Positions 60,933 through 64,000 of a DNA stretch of 64,000 nucleotides are shown one piece after another. The DNA is from Hyaloraphidium curvatum SAG 235-1 (lineage: Eukaryota > Fungi > Monoblepharomycota). Under the pieces are notes generated by a model. The model was given only the letters and a program-made list of their open reading frames with translations, was not told the DNA's origin and made no database searches. The number at the start of each line of letters is the position of its first letter. Position 1 is the stretch's first letter. The DNA lies in NCBI GenBank assembly GCA_025558095.1, contig JAIVFI010000013.1:186001-250000 (forward strand), given 5' to 3'. Both the position numbers and the translations under genes were made by a program.

Positions 60933-63900
60933 CTACGCGTTCGGATCAAAGATGAGCTTCCGCATCACCAGCGTGTCCGCCCTCGACACCTGGATCAGCT
61001 TCGGCAGCCCCGTGCCGATCATCATCGGAACCCCCATGATGATGCACTCGCTGACGCCGTCGATCCGGTCCTTCTTGCCGTAGAAGGCGGCCTCGAAGAG
61101 GTGGTCCGTCGTCTTTTCGAAGGAGGCCAGCATGAGCACGCTGTCCTTCATCTTGGCGATGCCGAAGCGGGTGATGCCGAGCACCTCGCCCTGCGCGATG
61201 TTCGTCACAAACCGCAATCTTGGTGCAAGCACCATGCCGACAACCCACCCTATACGTCATCAGGTCGCCCAGCAACATGACGTGACGGGGATCGATCGTC
61301 ATGCCGTGCTTGCCCATGGTGTACTGGATCTCGTTGATGATGGTGGCCCGCGCCGCCTCGATCCCGAGCACCTTGTTCACCTCGAGGATGTGGTTCGACG
61401 TCGTCCTCTCGCCCTCGACGCCCTCCATGTTCATCACCTCCCGGAGGCCGTAGCCCTCGACGAGGAGCTTCAGCCGGCCGTCCTCCTCGTTGATAACGGC
61501 GCGGTTCACGCTGGGGATGCCCTTGACGATGACCTTGGGGAGGACGCGCTTGAGCGCGTGGAGGTCGCGGAGGACGCCGACGGAGAAGGGATCCTTCTCG
61601 TTGGGAGGGAGCATGACCGTGATCACGTTGGGATCGTAGGCGTTGATGAACTGGGCAGCACGATGAGTTCCCCACATCCGAGAGCGCCAGACGCTTACGC
61701 ACCGATTCCGTAATCTTGAGTTTGGGAGCGTTCAGGATGGCCTGCTGGATGGACTGCAGGTCGACCTCGAGCTGCAAAGATTCGCATTAGCCATCAAGTG
61801 AGATATGCGGTCGCATCACGACGCACCCGGAGCTTCTGGATCGCGTCCATGTCCAGGGTGATCTTGACAAAGCAGTCTCCGGGCTTGATGATGATCTGGA
61901 TCGACTTGGCAATGTCCTCCAGCAGCGTCTTTTCGATGCGCCCCTTGACGATGCGCGCCGGGATCGTGTCCCGCGGGTTGGACGACAGCAGCTCGGCGGT
62001 GATGATGGGCGTGCTGATGGCCTTGGACGCGTTGATGATCTCCTTGATGCGGGGCACGCCGAGCGTGATGTTCATGCTGGCCACGCCGGCAAAGTGGAAG
62101 GTCTTGAGGGTCATCTGCGTGCCGGGCTCGCCGATCGATTGCGCGCCGACGGCGCCCACGGCCGTGCCGGGCTCGATCCGGGCCTTCATGTACTTGCGCC
62201 AGCAGGTGTCGAGGAACATCTCCAGCTGCTGCTTGGTGACGCGGAAGGTGTTGTCGGCCTGGATCTGGCCCAGCGACCTGCGCCGGCCCAAACGCTCGGC
62301 AGCGGTGCCCGCATTTTCTTCGCCCTCCAGGCACTTGGCGAGTCCAAACACGCCGCGGACGCGGCCCAGCTTCTGAACGATGTGCTTCTCGACGAATTGA
62401 GTAACCTGCTCGACAAAGGCTCTGGAACACTTGGAGAAAGTAGGCTCGAGAATGCCTTCGGCGACGAGCTCGCGGATCTCGAAAGGCAGCAAGCCGGGCT
62501 CGCCAAAGCAAGGCAGCACATTCTGGCAATGCGCAAGCAGCCGAGGGAAGTGCACCGGCTGCTTGTCGCCTTCCATGAAGCTGGGGTCCAGGCCGTCGTC
62601 GCCGTACGTGAGCTGAACCACGCCGCTCGTCGAGTTGCGGACTGACGAATCGTAGGCCGTGGTCAGGTCCTCGAGCGCCTTCATGAGACGCCGCTGCATG
62701 TAACCGGTCTCTGCAGTTTTGACGGCGGTGTCGACCAGTCCTTCGCGACCCGAGACGGCGTGGAACAGGAACTCAGACGGAGTGAGACCGCTGTAGAAGC
62801 TGTTGCGCACGAAGCCCTTGGCGGCGGGGATTTTGGAGTGCTTGCCAAAATGCGGCAGGGAACGGTCCGGGAAACCGTTCGGGATGCGCTGGCCCGAGAT
62901 GATCTGCTGGCCGACGCAGGCAACCATCTGCGACACGTTGATCTTGGAGCCTTTCGATCCGCAAAGCGACATGATGAGCGGCGCGTTGTACTTGTTGAGC
63001 TCCTGGAGACAGATCTGACCGACGTCGTCGCGGATCTTGGAGAGGATCCCAGAAATCTTGGCCTCGAGCGTCTGCTCGGCGTCGCACCCTGGTTGGTTCT
63101 CCAGCTGCCCCTTGCGGCTCTTTTCGATCACGTCGTCGCAGTCCGTGTAGCCCTTCTCCACGACCTGGTCCTTCTTGACCGAAAGGACCGCTCCCGGCTG
63201 CACATCCTCGATGCCGATGGAGAAGCCACGGTTGGCCAACCAGCGCGCGCACGTCTTTGCCAAGCGGTTCATGGCGCCTGCCGCATCCTCCGGGCTGTAG
63301 TCCCGCAGGATGGTGTAGAAGACGCTGTTCTTGCTCTCGGCACCGATGAGCGACTTGTCGATGGTGCCACAAAGCAGCTGCGAGTTCTGGATGATGACCC
63401 AGCCGTCCGCTTCATCGAACTCGGCCATCCCGTGGCCCTTTTCGAAGGTCCGATTGCGAGTGCTGAGGTTGACGTTCACGTTGCTCTTGCGGTTCGGCTT
63501 CAGGACCAGGGAGAACAGCTGCTTGCCCGTCCAGAGCCGCTGCGGCTTGAGGATCGCCGGCGGCGGGAGATCAATGTGCGTGACGGCGTCGCCCATGTAC
63601 GTGCAGTACTCGGCGATCTGCGCACGGTTGAAAAACACGTCGCGGCGCGTCATGAGGTACGACGCCGTGATGAAGTCCTGAATCGCCGCGATGAGCGGTT
63701 CGCCGTTGCGGGGGGTCACGAGGTTCTGCTTGACCCCCATGAGCTCCCGGGCTTCTGCACGGGCCTCCTCCGTCTGCGGCACGTGCAAGTTCATTTCGTC
63801 TCCGTCGAAGTCCGCGTTGTAGGGAGTGCAGGCACACTCGTTGAGCCGGAAGGTCCTCCACGGCCGCACCTTGACAAAGTGCGACATGATGGACAGTTTG

Positions 63901-64000
63901 TGCAAGCTGGGCTGCCGGTTGAAGAGCACAATGTCCCCGTCGATGAGGTGGCGCTCTACGAGGTCGCCCGGCTTGAGGTTGGCCGCGGTGGCCTTCCTGT
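60933..64000 (-). CDS. RPC1: RNA polymerase III largest subunit (C160); 5' part lies beyond the right edge
   Basis: [89 protein letters not shown]; no heptad CTD. Confidence 0.97.

Overview
Gene-dense, GC-rich eukaryotic DNA with many short (about 50-70 nt) spliceosomal introns (GTGxGT/GTGCGT donors, GCTGAC/CTAAC branch sites, YAG acceptors). The gene set (Sla1, Abp1, Reg1-like, Rad52, Bcs1, TmpA-like, C12orf4/FERRY3) points to an early-diverging fungus; a chytrid or monoblepharid is my inference, not verified. I reconstructed 28 protein-coding genes by hand, two of them cut by the window edges. They are mostly housekeeping: RPC1, RPC40, PCNA, RNase H2C, RAD52, ATP1, BCS1, bL21m, ADI1, PMP47-like, Sec14, Abp1, Sla1. 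I saw no tRNA, rRNA, transposon or CRISPR. The most notable locus is 51.9-58.8 kb. There a TmpA-like membrane flavo-haemoprotein gene lies head-to-head (128 bp between ATGs) with a roughly 1,440-aa fusion of an animal-type haem-peroxidase-like domain, DOMON, cytochrome b561, cytochrome b5 and an FAD/NAD(P)H reductase. All electron-transfer ligands of the fusion are intact, but the peroxidase domain has lost its distal catalytic His/Arg, so it reads as a DUOX-like transmembrane redox chain assembled from different modules. Other items: a UBA-bearing C12orf4 homologue, two Reg1-like PP1 regulators, three GC-AG introns, an in-frame duplicated C-terminus behind a stop codon, an intronless orphan glycosyltransferase-like gene, two PTS1-bearing enzymes and a recurrent TGTACA 3' motif. 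All family assignments come from motif recognition; no searches were run.
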